64,000 nt of DNA from Paramecium tetraurelia (GCA_000165425.1 CT868319.1:62001-126000); one strand, 5' to 3'. Positions 1-15,256 are shown, numbered from the stretch's first letter. Program-made: numbers and translations. The notes: generated by a model not told the origin, from the letters alone.

Positions 1-178
1 GAGTCTGAGAACTATAATCTGGATATTCTATCTAGATCTTGTAGAGAGATGGTTTAGGTTATCGGGTCTATAATTGATTCTTGGTTTGATTTTCTTTGTC
101 GTCGTCTTCTAATTACCATCGAGAGACAGTGAGTTCTTTTTCTTGGAAGAATTCGCTTTCCGTTGATTAATTTATCAT
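1..178 (-). CDS. Hypothetical protein, 5' part only (runs off the window start)
   Basis: ATG at 178 (minus); open in ciliate code to the window edge: MINQSTESEFFQEKELTVSRWQLEDDDKENQ... Confidence 0.55.
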
Positions 179-203
179 TATTTAATTTATAGAGAATCGA
201 TAA

Positions 204-1126
204 TCAAAATTAGTTATATAATTGTGTTCTTTCATACTTATAAAAGTTGTGGGAGTCCTTCAAATCCTCCCTTTCCATTCTCTCTTTGGATTCGCATATC
301 TTATACTTTTACCTGCAGAAATTGTGATTCTTCTTGAACTCTTTGAACTTGGATTAATCAAAATTGCATCTATTCAAATTACAGTAATATTTCAATTGCT
401 TGCTAACCAAATACATTTGTAAATAAATCTCCTGGATCTGATTGACATCATGAGTGCTCGTTAATTTAGACAACAAATCAAGAGTCTGATTCTGATATGC
501 AATGAGGTCTTTGATGATTAGATCAAAACAATAACGAAGTTTCTAATTTCTCTATCCTTCAATGATCCTTAATCCCAAGCATTAGATATTTTAGATGACG
601 AAACAATCTATTATGGGGATTTCACAAAGCTGTTGCATGCACACTCTCTTCAAATAGATGTAATAGACTTGCAGAATCTGTTGGTAAGTTAGAGGATCCC
701 TCAATTCTTGAAATTGGACTTTCTTGTCTGTTACACTCTTTCTGCATTCCGGTTCCTCCCTGAAATAATTTTACTCCAAAGTCTATTTGGGTGTGCTATT
801 CCAACTGGGTGCCACATTCATACTTCTGGAAATTGTCAAGTTTAATTCAGTAGGTAATCTCTCTAAAGCAAAACTAGTATCGAGAGTTTTTGTTATCATG
901 CCTATATTGCAATCCGCAAATATTTCCTTCGGAAGTGAACATTATTGAATCATCCAATGGAAGACACTTAAGAGTCGAATTATTTATTCAGGTTGCAATG
1001 CAGAATCAAATGGTTTTGATAGTTCTTAGAATACTTTCTACAAGCCTATCTAAATGCTATAGAAACTATACCGATACTGAGGATCTACTCCCCAGAACTC
1101 CCTATCTCCTCATTTTTCTGATTCAT
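204..1126 (-). CDS. Hypothetical protein (~298 aa)
   Basis: ATG 1126, one 26-nt GT..AG intron (1071-1046), continuous frame to TGA at 204; spliced length 897 nt is divisible by 3. Confidence 0.65.
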
Positions 1127-1171
1127 TATACGAATTAGAATGGTTTTAATCATTTTAATAAATAATAAATT

Positions 1172-1896
1172 TCAGGAAATGAATCTCCCGGTAATGGGAT
1201 CCCTACAACCTAATCTATACTAAGGAATCTCAGAAGTATTGAACGACTAATGCTTCATCTCCGAAGTCGGGTTCCAATAGTCAAAAGCAGAAGCCTTTTT
1301 TATTCGCTCTTAATTTGCCTATCGATCATAACATCTCAAGCACATACTTCATGATTAGTAATGATATCATATTTCTCTGGTTTCGGATGATAAACCAATT
1401 ATTTTTACGGCGGTTTGGGCTCTTGAGCAATCAATTAAGCAGTTTTATAACTCGGATGGTCATCCCCCCATCACTATTTAAGTGGCCATCAATGTGAGTT
1501 TATCTCTAATAGGCTTGGCTCTTGGAGGATTCTGATAGTCCTTATAGTTCTTGTATTCAGTATTGAAGTGAGTGTCCTTTGTGTAAGGCACATTAATATG
1601 ATCAATGTGAATAGTAGGTGGATGCATATTCGCACACTAAGGTTGTATTAGCACATCTGTACATTCTCCCTTTTCACTATTTCTTTGTTTGGTTTGTAAT
1701 CCACTTCGTAAACTGTTTCATTCGATTATTGCCAGGGTTTCCATCCTATGTTGTAGTGATGTTCTCTCTATTCCATGCCTATTGGTGGAGCATACATGCC
1801 CACTCCAACATCCAGATTCTCAGAAATACCTTTGAATACTCCTTTGTACCCTTAAGTCTAAGGGCCTGGATCACGGTGAATTTCTCCAATGCTCAT
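1172..1896 (-). CDS. Hypothetical protein with TxY..DY/EY-type motifs (possibly ciliary microtubule-inner-protein-like); one apparent +1 frameshift
   Basis: MSIGEIHRDPGPQTQGYKG...ETVYEVDYKP...THFNTEYKNY...; two tiny introns; the frame breaks in a G6 run (C6 at ~1464-1469) and resumes as DDHPSYKTAQ...RDPITGRFIS* to TGA 1172. Family assignment is weak inference. Confidence 0.55.
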
Positions 1897-2053
1897 ATAT
1901 ATTTATCATAAAATTTGATTAAATTTTCTAATTCCCAATCTAATGAATGAGAAATGGGATTAAAAATAAGCAATAATTTTGTAAGAGCTTTCAATATAAA
2001 TAAACATTAATTATTAACTTCTTATTTGATTCTAAAAATAAACATTTAAAACA

Positions 2054-2526
2054 TCAATTAGTTATAAAATTAGTCTACTGTTGTTGTCCTAATTCCATTC
2101 TTACCTTACACATTATTGAATCAATTATATCTTAATTGTTTTCATCTTCCTTTGAGAAATACTTAATCTTCTCCTAGTGTTGAACATCCTTAAGTTTTTC
2201 TAATTGTTTCTTCTCCTTCAACTTTTACAGTTACTTTTCCTGTTTTTCTTTATCATAAAGTAAATCACGAAAACTCTTAATATTATCTCATGACTTACAA
2301 TAATTGAATAGCTTTAAAATGGAGAGAAGGCTTGAACAACTTTCGGATTCACCTTGAATGGGACTCTTCGAAACTGCGATCCTCTTATTTGTCCCTTAGG
2401 CAATGATAGAATATCCTTGACATTTGGTTCAATAATCATTCTTGCGTGGATCCTTTTGGTAGAACTTATATTTGGGTTTGTAACTATGTGCAATGAAGGA
2501 AGAGAAGGTTATGATTTTTAGTGCAT
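2054..2526 (-). CDS. Hypothetical protein (~149 aa) with a charged coiled-coil segment
   Basis: ATG 2526, 23-nt intron gtaagtcatgagataatattaag, TGA 2054; spliced length 450 nt. Confidence 0.6.
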
Positions 2527-2560
2527 TCCGAAAAATAGATATAAAAATTAATTAAATAAA

Positions 2561-3547
2561 TCACTTAACCTTATAAGAGTCCTTGTCTTTTTTCTTCTTT
2601 TCTTCATCCTTATCTTCTAAAGGAATGACGCATTTTATTAAACGGTTGGATCCATTAGAATTGTCTGTCAAATATAAATTTGTTGGTTTAATGAGAGAAA
2701 AACACATTCCAGTAATTTCTGGACTTCCTGGAATTAAAATATTCTCCAAAAGTTAACCTTAAGGATTTAACACGGATATCAAACCCATTTCATTTTCGTT
2801 ACCTACTGAGAATTCGAAACGAGCAACATACAGAAAATCCGATTGGGAGATCACAAGTGCAGTAGGTCCAAATCTACCTGAGAATTGATGATAAACACTT
2901 AATGATATCAATTATCATACCTAAAAGCATAAATTCCAGCATTTGTGAGTACAAACCTAATAATACGATTCTCACAAGTTTCGCTTACAAATAGACTCTT
3001 CTCATCATGACTTAAAGCCAATCCACTTGGATGAGCTAGACATCTATATGCTAGAGCAGTTGGCTTAATTTCCTAGCCATCCAGATCAACCATAAATACA
3101 GAACCGATTGGATTTTCAACGTTTGTTTCCCCAAAAGGACCTGAATCTGTAAAAAAGACGGCGTCTAATATTATTATCATGATTTAGATTACTTAAGTTG
3201 TTATAAGAGATGACGATTTAATTAGGACCCAAGAAGGGCATTCCTTCATACTCAGTAACAAAATCCTTTGCTCCTTCTTAATTCTGATTGTTTGATTATT
3301 ATTAGAGCTAATTTAATTGTCGATATGTAATAGCCTAATGTGCCATATCAGCTATGTAGATCAAAATGTGATCTCTTTCTATTGCTATTGATGATGGTTG
3401 TCCTCCCATTCTAGTATCAATGGTGAGTTCATTGTTCATTACTAAAATGTCTCCATTCTCCGATACCATATAGATGCATCCATTGACTTCATGTGGTGAA
3501 GAAAGGGGATTTGAAAAGGAACAAATTTTTTCTACAGTTACTTACAT
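2561..3547 (-). CDS. SMP-30/gluconolactonase/strictosidine-synthase-like six-bladed beta-propeller
   Basis: Two introns; motifs YEGMPFLGPNQIV, VFFTDSGPFG, LAHPSGLALSHDEKSLFVSETCENRIIRF, GRFGPTALVIS are typical of SMP-30/gluconolactonase family blades. Confidence 0.8.
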
Positions 3548-3598
3548 GTTGCTATAATAATAATTAAATATATATTTATAGGATAAGTGAGGTTAAAT

Positions 3599-4481
3599 TC
3601 AATTAATAATCTCATTTAAATTATTTTATGGATATTAAACACTTGTTATTTGATGTAAGGTGTTTGGTCTATCGTTGGATAATTATTTTGACCTGTTCTC
3701 CAATAAATTCAAGTCCTCTGGGTTCAGTTACTACTCTACTTCTGATTTGTAATCAACCACTTGCCAATCAAAATCAGGTTCTCCTCTGAAAACTTCTACT
3801 ATCAAATAAACCAAATAGAGGAGAAATAACAAAATGAGCAACACTATTACAGCAATCAAAGATGACATTTCCTACTATTTTTATGTGTAGTTATAAAACC
3901 AATATGACAATCCACCCAAACCACCAAGAGTAATTATTAATTTAGATGTAAACAATATGATATTGAAAAGATTGATCTTTAAAATATAAAATATGATTAC
4001 AAATGTTTTTGATTTATAGATCTCCAATTGTTAAACCTTATACTATATTCCACATTACGTGCATGTGAAATTCTCTTGACTAAATTAACCTGGAGTGTTA
4101 AGTAATTTCTATTTAAAACAAGAGGCATGATAGTTAATCTATTAGGGTAAGAAAGTAATATCATACATCACACAAACATGGTTAGATAAGGTTCAAGTTA
4201 TCTAGATTTTCACAACAATAACATGAAATTATCATATTGTCATCTCTGATTCTTGTTTGTTGATTGATGGAGGTTTTTCTGAGAGTTCTTGTGAAGTTTT
4301 ATTTAGTTGGAGTTAAATTGTTTATTGAATTACTCATGCAATTAGAAATCATGATTTATTGATTGTTTTCAGATTCTAGGTTTCTAGATGAATCATTCTT
4401 AAAATGTTGTATTTAATTTGAGAAGTTGCTTTTTGGTGTGAAGATTTTGATTTGAGAGTCAGATCTCATGTTGGAAATCAT
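3599..4481 (-). CDS. RING-CH (MARCH-type) membrane E3 ubiquitin ligase-like protein
   Basis: CYCC...LIQPCLCD..YHASCF...FTCTQCG (C4HC3 pattern) followed by two hydrophobic segments; 28- and 24-nt introns; spliced length 831 nt. The 5' end may extend further. Confidence 0.7.
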
Positions 4482-4841
4482 TTTTTATATTATTGCCTTT
4501 GATGTCTTAAAATTGCCATTTTTCACTTAAAAATTGTAAAAATTATTTTAAATAATCTATACGTTGAAAATAAATCAAATAACACATTATTGATATGTAA
4601 TTCTGAGAATGTTTTGATTGTTTAATTGTTTATGTATGGAATCAAGTGGAACTACAACTCTAAAGGATGAATGGTTTTGTGGGATGGAGGAAATGGAATT
4701 TGGACTACCCATTAATTAGATAGAATTTTGGGGCTTGCGGGAAGATCTGTTAATGGTTTTGGATATTCTTTTTGGATTAAACTACTAATGACATAATGAG
4801 ACAATATAAATAAACAATTAGAATAAATAATTTTTCCATAT

Positions 4842-4856
4842 GTTCTAGAATATTCA
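4842..4856. promoter_or_regulatory. Putative heat-shock element (nTTCnnGAAnnTTCn)
   Basis: gTTCtaGAAtaTTCa: three alternating nGAAn units ~70 nt upstream of the BiP/Hsp70 ATG. Confidence 0.6.
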
Positions 4857-4911
4857 ATATATATATATTTAAGAAAAGTTAAAATCAAAATTAATAATAT
4901 TTATTTTTTCA

Positions 4912-4918
4912 CACGTCA
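4912..4918 (-). promoter_or_regulatory. UPRE/CRE-like bZIP motif (TGACGTG)
   Basis: CACGTCA on plus (TGACGTG on minus), 6 nt upstream of the BiP ATG in otherwise very AT-rich sequence. Confidence 0.35.
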
Positions 4919-4924
4919 CAAATT

Positions 4925-6961
<2,037 letters not shown>

Positions 6962-7088
6962 TTTATGTATATTTCTGTGTGTTTTGATTAATTATTCAAT
7001 TAAACTTTAGAAGTCTTTAAATTTTTTATTAGCTTTAACTCATCTTGTATTATTATTTAATATTAATTATTTAATATTAATAAAAAAC

Positions 7089-8359
7089 TCACATGTAATA
7101 AGGAAACCTCATGTGAGCATAGTTCGGTGAATAAAAGTTTGGTTTATATTAATTGTATTACTAAACATACTAATATGGTTGATATATAGTAAGTGGCTAC
7201 TAGGCTAAAGAATTATAATGATGTAGTTAAAATGGCGAATTTTAATAGACATTGTTATATTAAGGAAAATTTTGGCTTTACAATGTTGATGGAGCTAAAA
7301 TTATTAGGTTGTTTACATTAAAACTATACTATCGTCGGAGTCTCGTGTGCTTTTTCAAATGGTTAAGTTTGTTCTTAAATTCTTAAATTATTATTGACCT
7401 CTATTTTGATTTCTTCTCTATTTGTTGTTCCAAGTTTTAATTATTCTTGTTTGGCCATTAATTTAAGTAGGAAATCATCAATCAAATTTTATATTGGTTA
7501 ATTTGGATTCTATATTATGTGTAATAGCAACTCCTTCTCCTCTTCATTCGATATCTATAATGAATGAGCAAAACTTACCTTCTCTTTTTTTAAGCTTCTC
7601 GTAATCCCATTGTATTAGTTCTTAATTTAGTTTTCGCTTCTACCTTTGATGTGATGTTGAATCAAGGACCATCGTTTTCCATATTTATAGACTAATTGTA
7701 TTAAATTCAATTTCTCTTTTGAATCCCACAAACATTTTTGGATGGTTGGATTCAAGACGTTCTTCCATCTCTCTCTTATCTGTTTAGGATATCTTTGAGT
7801 CCTAGAAAGTGAGTTAAATTTGATTGTCAACTCTGTCCAATTGTTTTTATCATAAAATTATCTTCAACATAAGTACAATATGATTACTCGGCTATATCTT
7901 TCAGAATCTGGTCTTCCTCTCTAGTCCATTGGTGAATCCTGAGATTAGAATGCAGCAACGAAATCCATTTAAGTTTTATTAATTATGAATCAACTTATAA
8001 CACTTTTGAAATCATATCCCAATCTTCGTCATCCTAAAGATAAACTGCTTATTTACAGGAACCAGGTTCACCCTTTGTTTCACTTAGAGCAATTTTGCTA
8101 CACACCAAATCAATAGATATTTGTCCATTTAATGCCATTTTTTTCTGTCTTTTTAGCTGGTAACACTATATTTCGATGAATTAAACATATACTTTGAAAA
8201 TACATTTTCGTAATAATCAATTAAGGAATCATCTGTTGGAAACTTGGTTAATTTGATTTTCACATTTTGGCCAATCTTCCCGTAATCTAACGGATTGGCA
8301 TTCCTTGTATACTCAATGAATTTCTGCCATTCAGAGGATGCTCCTTCTCTCAATTACAT
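7089..8359 (-). CDS. Myb-family (three-repeat) DNA-binding protein
   Basis: WHQMDKYLL..DWDMISK..KLKW; WTREEDQIL..NNWTEL..KQIRERWKNVLNP; WDSKEKLNLIQLVYKYGKRWSLIQHHIKGRSENQIKN; Q/P/Y-rich tail; several tiny introns. Confidence 0.88.
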
Positions 8360-9883
8360 AATAAAATTTAAATATTATAGAAAAGATTCAATACTTATTT
8401 TCTAATTAAAAATGAATAGTTTCAAGAAGATTTCTAATTTGTTCTAAATAATTACATTTATTTGAATTACATGATTTTAAGCTTTACATCTCAATTATAT
8501 TATCAGGTTTTCGATTGATGTTGTATGTAAGCTTGAATTAGTAGTTTATCACATAAAATAGTAATTTTCCCTGAAAAAGACTTCTAAAATTGTTAGCAAT
8601 CCCCAACCTTAATTCTTAGGATCCCATCAATTTTTAAATGATAATAAGGTTGTCATCTACTCTTAATTCACATTTTCATATTTCTTTCTGGAAAATACAC
8701 AATTGTTCTATTTTTATGTTTTGCAAGCATTCAATCTCTTACGTCGAATAACATAAAATAATCAATATAATATAATTGTAAGATAACTTTAAACAATGAA
8801 TTTTAATATTCTTTAATATGAACATTTTCCCAATACACTCCTAACTTTCGATAAGCATTAAGACTCGAACTACAAATAACAATAAATAACGATCTTCATC
8901 ATTAAACAATCAAAATCGTTCCTAACAATATATGTTGAAAAACTAGCCATATATATAGAGATATAAACTCAGAATATTATTTAATCACAACAGATAGTAA
9001 AATTTATCCATCAGGCTGTAAATTTCGAAAAAATTAGACTCCTCTATGATATTTTATAATATTTGAGAATGGGCCTTGATATCCTAAAATCAAACGAAAT
9101 TAAATCATCTTTTAAAAATTCCTCATAATCATAAGTTTAAATCAGACAAAAATTTTAGAAAAAAAATAATTATAATATTATCTATATAAATATATTATAA
9201 TAATAAGGTTAATATTTATTTTCTAATTTCTACAACTAAGTCCCAAATATATGTCAATTTAAATTCATTTACTCAAGGATATGAAATCAAAATAGCAATA
9301 GGTTCAATCCTTATATTTATTCTTACTGAAGTTTATCTTTTTTCACTTTTAAGCATGAACAAAAAATAAAGGTTAATCAAAACTTTTGGAAAATATTTAG
9401 ATTAAGTTCCTTAAGAAAATTCTTTTATTTATGTTGATTATATGATCATAAGTTTAAATTTCCCATTTATTCCAATTTTGATAGTATATATCTTAATTTT
9501 AACTTTGCTAATTTTTTTGATTTCCTTTTTGTATTTTTTCAAAATTGTAAACAAAAAGTCTCAAAGCTGAGTATATTTGTAGATTAAAAACTCCAAATTT
9601 ATAAAAGAATAAATTATTCAACATTTGACTTTCTAGGAAATCCATACATTTGTGTTGTTGTTATTATGAATGTTTATTAGTTTATTCGAAAGAATTAATA
9701 GTCAATGAGTGATTATTAGATTAATTAATTAATAATTTAAAATCAAATAATGATAAAATTCTGCCACAGATAATTAGTTTGATCAAAGAACTAAATTAAT
9801 TATTTAAAATCTGTTTAGAATTTATTGAAGCCTGTGAATTATATATATGATTTGTTTTCTATCGAATATTAATTAAATTTATT

Positions 9884-9895
9884 AAAGGCGCCAAT
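9884..9895. promoter_or_regulatory. E2F-site-like motif (TTGGCGCC)
   Basis: aaaGGCGCCaat just upstream of the Pol alpha ATG; conspicuous GC palindrome in an AT-rich spacer. Confidence 0.45.
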
Positions 9896-9898
9896 ATT

Positions 9899-12800
9899 AT
9901 GAGCGAATAATAGAGAGGATTGGAAGAGTTAGCAAGGCAAAAGAGATAGGCTCAATTATCAAAGAATCCTCCCGTGAAAAGAGAGAAAATAGAAGGAGAT
10001 CTCGATGATTTTATAGTGAAAGACATTTAGGAGGATGAATACTATGCAAATGATGATTCCTAGGAAGAGATTAAAAAAATACCAGATAATTAACAAATGA
10101 TCACTCAATATATGGGGTAGAATAGAAAGAAAAAATAAACTGGTATTAAGCTAAGCGATGATGCGGATGAGATAGAGTAGGTAATTCAATAGGTAAAAGT
10201 TGAAAAAGTAAGTTTAAATTAAGTTGTGACTAACAGTGATGAACTATATAAAGCGCAATTCAACTAACCTCTTAAGCCAAAATAAAAATAAGATTTACAA
10301 GAGGAAGATCTTGATGAAATTTTGAGTCTTTTGTAGAATCAAAAAGCAAAAGAAGAACAACAAAAATAGCAACAGCAATAGCAGTAGGTTAAAGCAATAC
10401 AATCAAAATAATTGCCTGTTCATAGGTAAGTGGAAGTGAAAGTAGAACTCCCATAAATGAAGATTGATTATTCGACAATCAACATAAATTAAATTATTTC
10501 GAGAGATAGAGATGTCATGGATATTGTTGAAAAAAATGGTTCAATTCTATTTTATTGGATCGATATTTATGAAGACCAAATCAGATTTCCAGGAAGTTTA
10601 TTTGTATTTGGTAAAGTAAAGAACCACAAACTGAATGTCTATGATTCATGTTCATTATATTTTGAAGATTATCGTAAAACAGCATATTTATCATATGAAA
10701 ATGGGAGATATACAGAGTAGCAACTAATTTAAGAATGTTAGGCTTTAATGAAAAAGGTCTTAGGATTAGGATCAAAAGATTTTACTTATTAATTTGTTGA
10801 TAGATAGTATGCATTTGAAATTGCTGATATTCCAACAAGCTAGCAATAATACTTAGAAGTGTCTTATACCCTAAAGCATGGATAACAACTGCCAGTTAGA
10901 ATAGATAACCCTATTTTTAAATATGCATTGCAATCCACTTAGACATTGGTTGAATAATTTTTGATATATAATAAAATTCGAGGTCCATGTTGGCTCCAAT
11001 TAAAATCATGTTAGACTATTGATACAAAAGAGTTTCATCTAAGAACATAGCATGCTCTTTAATTGCCTCAAACTGGATTTTAAGTATATGAAGGAGAATT
11101 GCCTCTTCCGAATTTGAAATTGCTAAGCTTTACATTAACTCAATGTAAGGTCGATAAAGATGAATAAATTATTGCAATTTCTTACACAGTATAGAATAAC
11201 ATAGATTTGAATGATGCTGAAGTGCCTGAGTAGGTAGTTTATTCAACCCTTGCTCGAATGCCCTCTGATGCTCCTCTACCTCCTGGCTATATAAAGGGAT
11301 AAAACAAATAAGTGAAAGACTTTGAATCAGAATATTCAATGTTGTCTTCGTTTTTATAGGATGTAGAAGCCATAGATCCTGATGGATTAATTGGTCACGA
11401 AATCTAGAAGAAGAGTATTGAACAACTCGTTGCTCGTATTGCTAAGTTAAAGGTGAATGAATGGAACAGGATGAGTAGATTACAAAAGAGAGAATAAATA
11501 CCTAAAAATATTTTTCTGAGGAGCAAATACCTTACAATTGGTAGGTTGGTCATAGATTTATGGATCCAAGCTAAAGACATGATAAAAAGTAATGATTACA
11601 GTATAACATACTTGGCCAAGGAATTCTTGAAATAGGATTGTTAGTAATTGGAGTCTGATGTAACAAAGAATTATACTGAGAATGCTCAAAGTTATTAAAC
11701 TCTATTGTAATTGAGTTTAAAGGAGACCAAGTTTGTAATCTAGATAACTCAAAAACTGAATATCATATCATTGACTCGCCAGTTGACAAATATTTGTGGG
11801 AATGTTTGGAACAGATCCTTGCTCAATTAACGGGCTGAAAGGAATGAAATGTTGTTAATGCATGAATTCTTTTTGCGAGGATTTCTGTTACCAGATAAAA
11901 TGAGTAAGATCAATTTATCAGATGAGGAAAAAGATCAATAGATAAAAGAGTAGGAGTCTAAGAAAACCTATGGTGGTGGTTTAGTATTTGAACCAAAAGC
12001 AGATATATATACATAATACGTTTTGCTTCTGGATTTCAATTCATTGTATCCATCCATCATTATGGAATACAATATTTGTTTCACTACTGTGTAAAGAGAT
12101 AAAATTAATTTCGAAGTTGATAAAACTCAGTTGGAAGAAGAACCTACATAAACTAAGCCTTAGAAATCTAACAAGAACAAAAAGAAGAAAGATTAAACTC
12201 AAGATGAGAATGATACAAAAGAGAAAATTAAAGATTTTATTGGGTCAGTGGATCCAGATGCAGGAAGTGGAATATTACCTTAAATAATTGAGAAGTTGGT
12301 TAATATGAGAAAGTAAGCTAAGAAGGAGATGAGTAGATCTACTGGATTAATGAAATAAATTTATAATATCAAATAATTGGCAGTTAAGTTAGTTGCTAAT
12401 TCTATTTATGGGTGTTTGGGATTCAGTAGTTCTAGGTTTTATGCTGTTGGAATAGCTTCATTAATCACTCAAAAGGGTAGATCAATACTTATGGATTCAA
12501 AAAATACTGTGGAGAGAAGTAATGATGTGATCTATGGTGATACCGATTCAATGATGATTTGTGCTAGATAGGAGAAGAACCTTTCAGAGATATTGGTGTT
12601 GGGTACCCAAATTGCTAAAGAAATCAATAAGAAATATAAAAAATTGGTTTTAGCTATTGATGGTGTCTTTGATACACTTTTATTAATGAAAAAGAAAAAG
12701 TACGCAGGAATTAAAATCGACAATCTAGAAGACTTAATGACAGGATAAACTGAATAACCAAAATTTAAGATGGAAGTCAAGGGTATTGATATTGTCAGAA

Positions 12801-13958
12801 GAGAATTTTGTGATATTTCTAAGAAAATGCAATCTCATGTCTTGGATATTCTCCTGAAAACCAAAAATCGAGATGACATCCATGGCGATTTGATCACTTT
12901 GATGCAGGAAATCAGATCAATGTTTGATGCTTTAAGTGGTAATTCAAATGCAGATCCAAAATAATTAATTGCATAAAATAGATTTATTACATATGAAATT
13001 CCAACTTCAGATTTTATTATTGTTAAATAATTAAATAAAGCTCCTCATGAATATTCTGACACTATTAGTGCTCCTCATGTTTAAGTGGCTTTAAGAATGG
13101 TAAATGAGTACGGGAGATCCGCTTAAAGTTTAGTCAATCATTTCATTCGATATGTGATCTGTGAAGACCCTACTTAGAAGAACCTATCGTTCAGAGCTTA
13201 CACTGTTGATGAACTAATTAACAAGAATTTAACAATCGACTATTACTACTATCTCTCAACCTAGATATTTGATCCAATAGTTCGTCTTTGTAAAAACGTT
13301 CAAGTTATTTCCATTTCTGAGTTGGCTCAAATCTTAGGACTCAAAACATACCAATACAAAGAGTAAATTTATATTTCTAATCTTTAGCAAAGTGAATCAT
13401 GAATTTATAGATTTCAAGTTAGAGGAGGAATAGAAACAAGAGTTGATTATCATTGATTCATTTAAATTCAAATGTCCAGTATGCAAAGAAGAGTAGAAAT
13501 ACTCTTAATTTTTTGACCAATAAAAACTATTTGTTAAGTAGTTGATTTGCCAATCTAAATAATGCTCTTATAGTGTTGAAAACTTAAAATCAATCTCCAA
13601 TTAAACTAAACTCATGATCAAGAAGGATCTCTGCAATCCATATTACAAAGGATATATTTAATGCAATAAATCAAAAAACAAATTTACCAATTTCTGCAGA
13701 AAAGGAGTTTGTTTTGGCAGTTGTTGCGAAAAGGATAAGGAAAAAAAGGTTAACCATGTAATTGATGAGGAGACAATCAATACTTAAGTTAAATTCATTA
13801 CATAGTTTTTAAATAAAGTATTATCCGAAATCAATAAATAAACAACCACTTTAAACCAAAATAAAGCAAGAGTATATTAAATACAAGAGGAATAATAATT
13901 CCATTAACCATTTTGCTATATTAGATTAAATGACATATTTAGAAAACTTTAAATTTGA
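9899..13958 (+). CDS. POLA1: DNA polymerase alpha catalytic subunit
   Basis: Family B motifs [57 protein letters not shown]-terminal DDFIV motif, [24 protein letters not shown] and C-terminal Cys clusters are typical of Pol alpha; one 25-nt intron ~13363. Confidence 0.95.
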
Positions 13959-13971
13959 GATTATATATTTA

Positions 13972-15036
13972 TCATTAAACCTTTGTTAAACATATGCAAT
14001 TATAATCTCTTCCTCTAAGTTCCTGGTTCTTAATATTCTCAGCTCTTAGCGATGCCGCTCTGCTAATCTTATCGACTCCTCCGAACAATCTTTATTAAGT
14101 ATTCTGACTAGGATTGATAGTTTTCTTATGCATCCATTTAGAATCCATCTCGAAAGTTTGACAAGGGTATTATCCTAATTTTCTGGTATGATTGATTTGA
14201 GTCAGACTGTCATCATATTTCCTATTATCAAACTCAATGTTAGGATTGGCCCTTGAGTACTTTTCCAAGGCTGAAATCACATATATATTTGTACATTGTT
14301 ATCTATTGATAGAATGAATAATTCGACTTTCTTGTTTTTACTTGAATTTCTAATGCTCTTCTTTGTACAATTCAGAATTTTCAATGGTTGGATTGTCAAT
14401 TCCGATTATTCCTGATCTAATATTAAAAGTTGATCTACTTGTAAGCTTATCTGATCTTCCTATACGCTTTGTTGGCTTCGCTGAATTCTTCTCTCCATTA
14501 ATGGTATCTTTACAATTAATTATAAAATTACTTCTTTTGCTATTCTTAGGTTTCTTTAAGCTCAGCCAAATATCCTGATGGTTTTTTGAGTGTTATTACT
14601 TGTGACAATGCGAGATTTTATTACTCATAATTTTTATCAGGTACTTCCAATCTTTTCGTGATAACTTCTTGTGAATGATTGACTGGATGATCAGAAACAA
14701 TATGATTAATTTTGCTCATGTTCAAGTAATCAATATATTCTGGTATTATTCGAGGTTGTTGTCTACGAAAAAAGAAACTCTGATTCTAACCACTCCCAAC
14801 CAATATTGCTTAGTTGTCGAGATCCTATGTTTATCTCATGCTTGAATATTTGCTATGTTTAAGGAAGGTGTCTAAGTGTTTGGCATCCCAACTGCTTCCA
14901 GTCAAAGAACTCTGATTCTCGTCAATCAAAGGCTAACTAATAAAACTCATGCAATAGATCACTTCGTTGATTTGGATAGACCTGACTGAACACTTGGCAT
15001 CATTTTAACTGTTTTAGTTTGGGCTTCTTGCTCCAT
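13972..15036 (-). CDS. Hypothetical protein
   Basis: MEQEAQTKTVKMMPSVQSG...; multi-intron model ending ...ELRGRDYNCICLTKVQ* at TGA 13972; internal splicing not fully resolved. Confidence 0.5.
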
Positions 15037-15186
15037 TCTATAAAATTCACGAAAATTGCTTCTTCCGACATCTTATATCTTCTCCTTCTATCTAAATAAC
15101 ATTTAATATCGTGATTTTATATTAAGCCTAACAAGTTACAATACTACTGTAATATATTTTAGTACACTCTCTCTTATATTCCTAAT

Positions 15187-15196
15187 TAGCCAATCA
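15187..15196 (+). promoter_or_regulatory. CCAAT box upstream of histone H2B
   Basis: tagCCAATca ~65 nt upstream of the H2B ATG. Confidence 0.35.
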
Positions 15197-15256
15197 AATT
15201 GCAGAATAGACACATTAAGTATTGAGTATTCAAGTTTATTTTCAAATTAATAAAAA

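Noticed and set aside
4482..4519. ATG at 4519 as start of the RING-CH gene
   Set aside because: That frame hits TGA after ~12 codons; the first in-frame ATG is at 4481.
9899..13958. Family B polymerase as a Polinton/viral element
   Set aside because: Motifs and the C-terminal Cys clusters are those of cellular Pol alpha; no integrase, capsid gene or terminal inverted repeats nearby.
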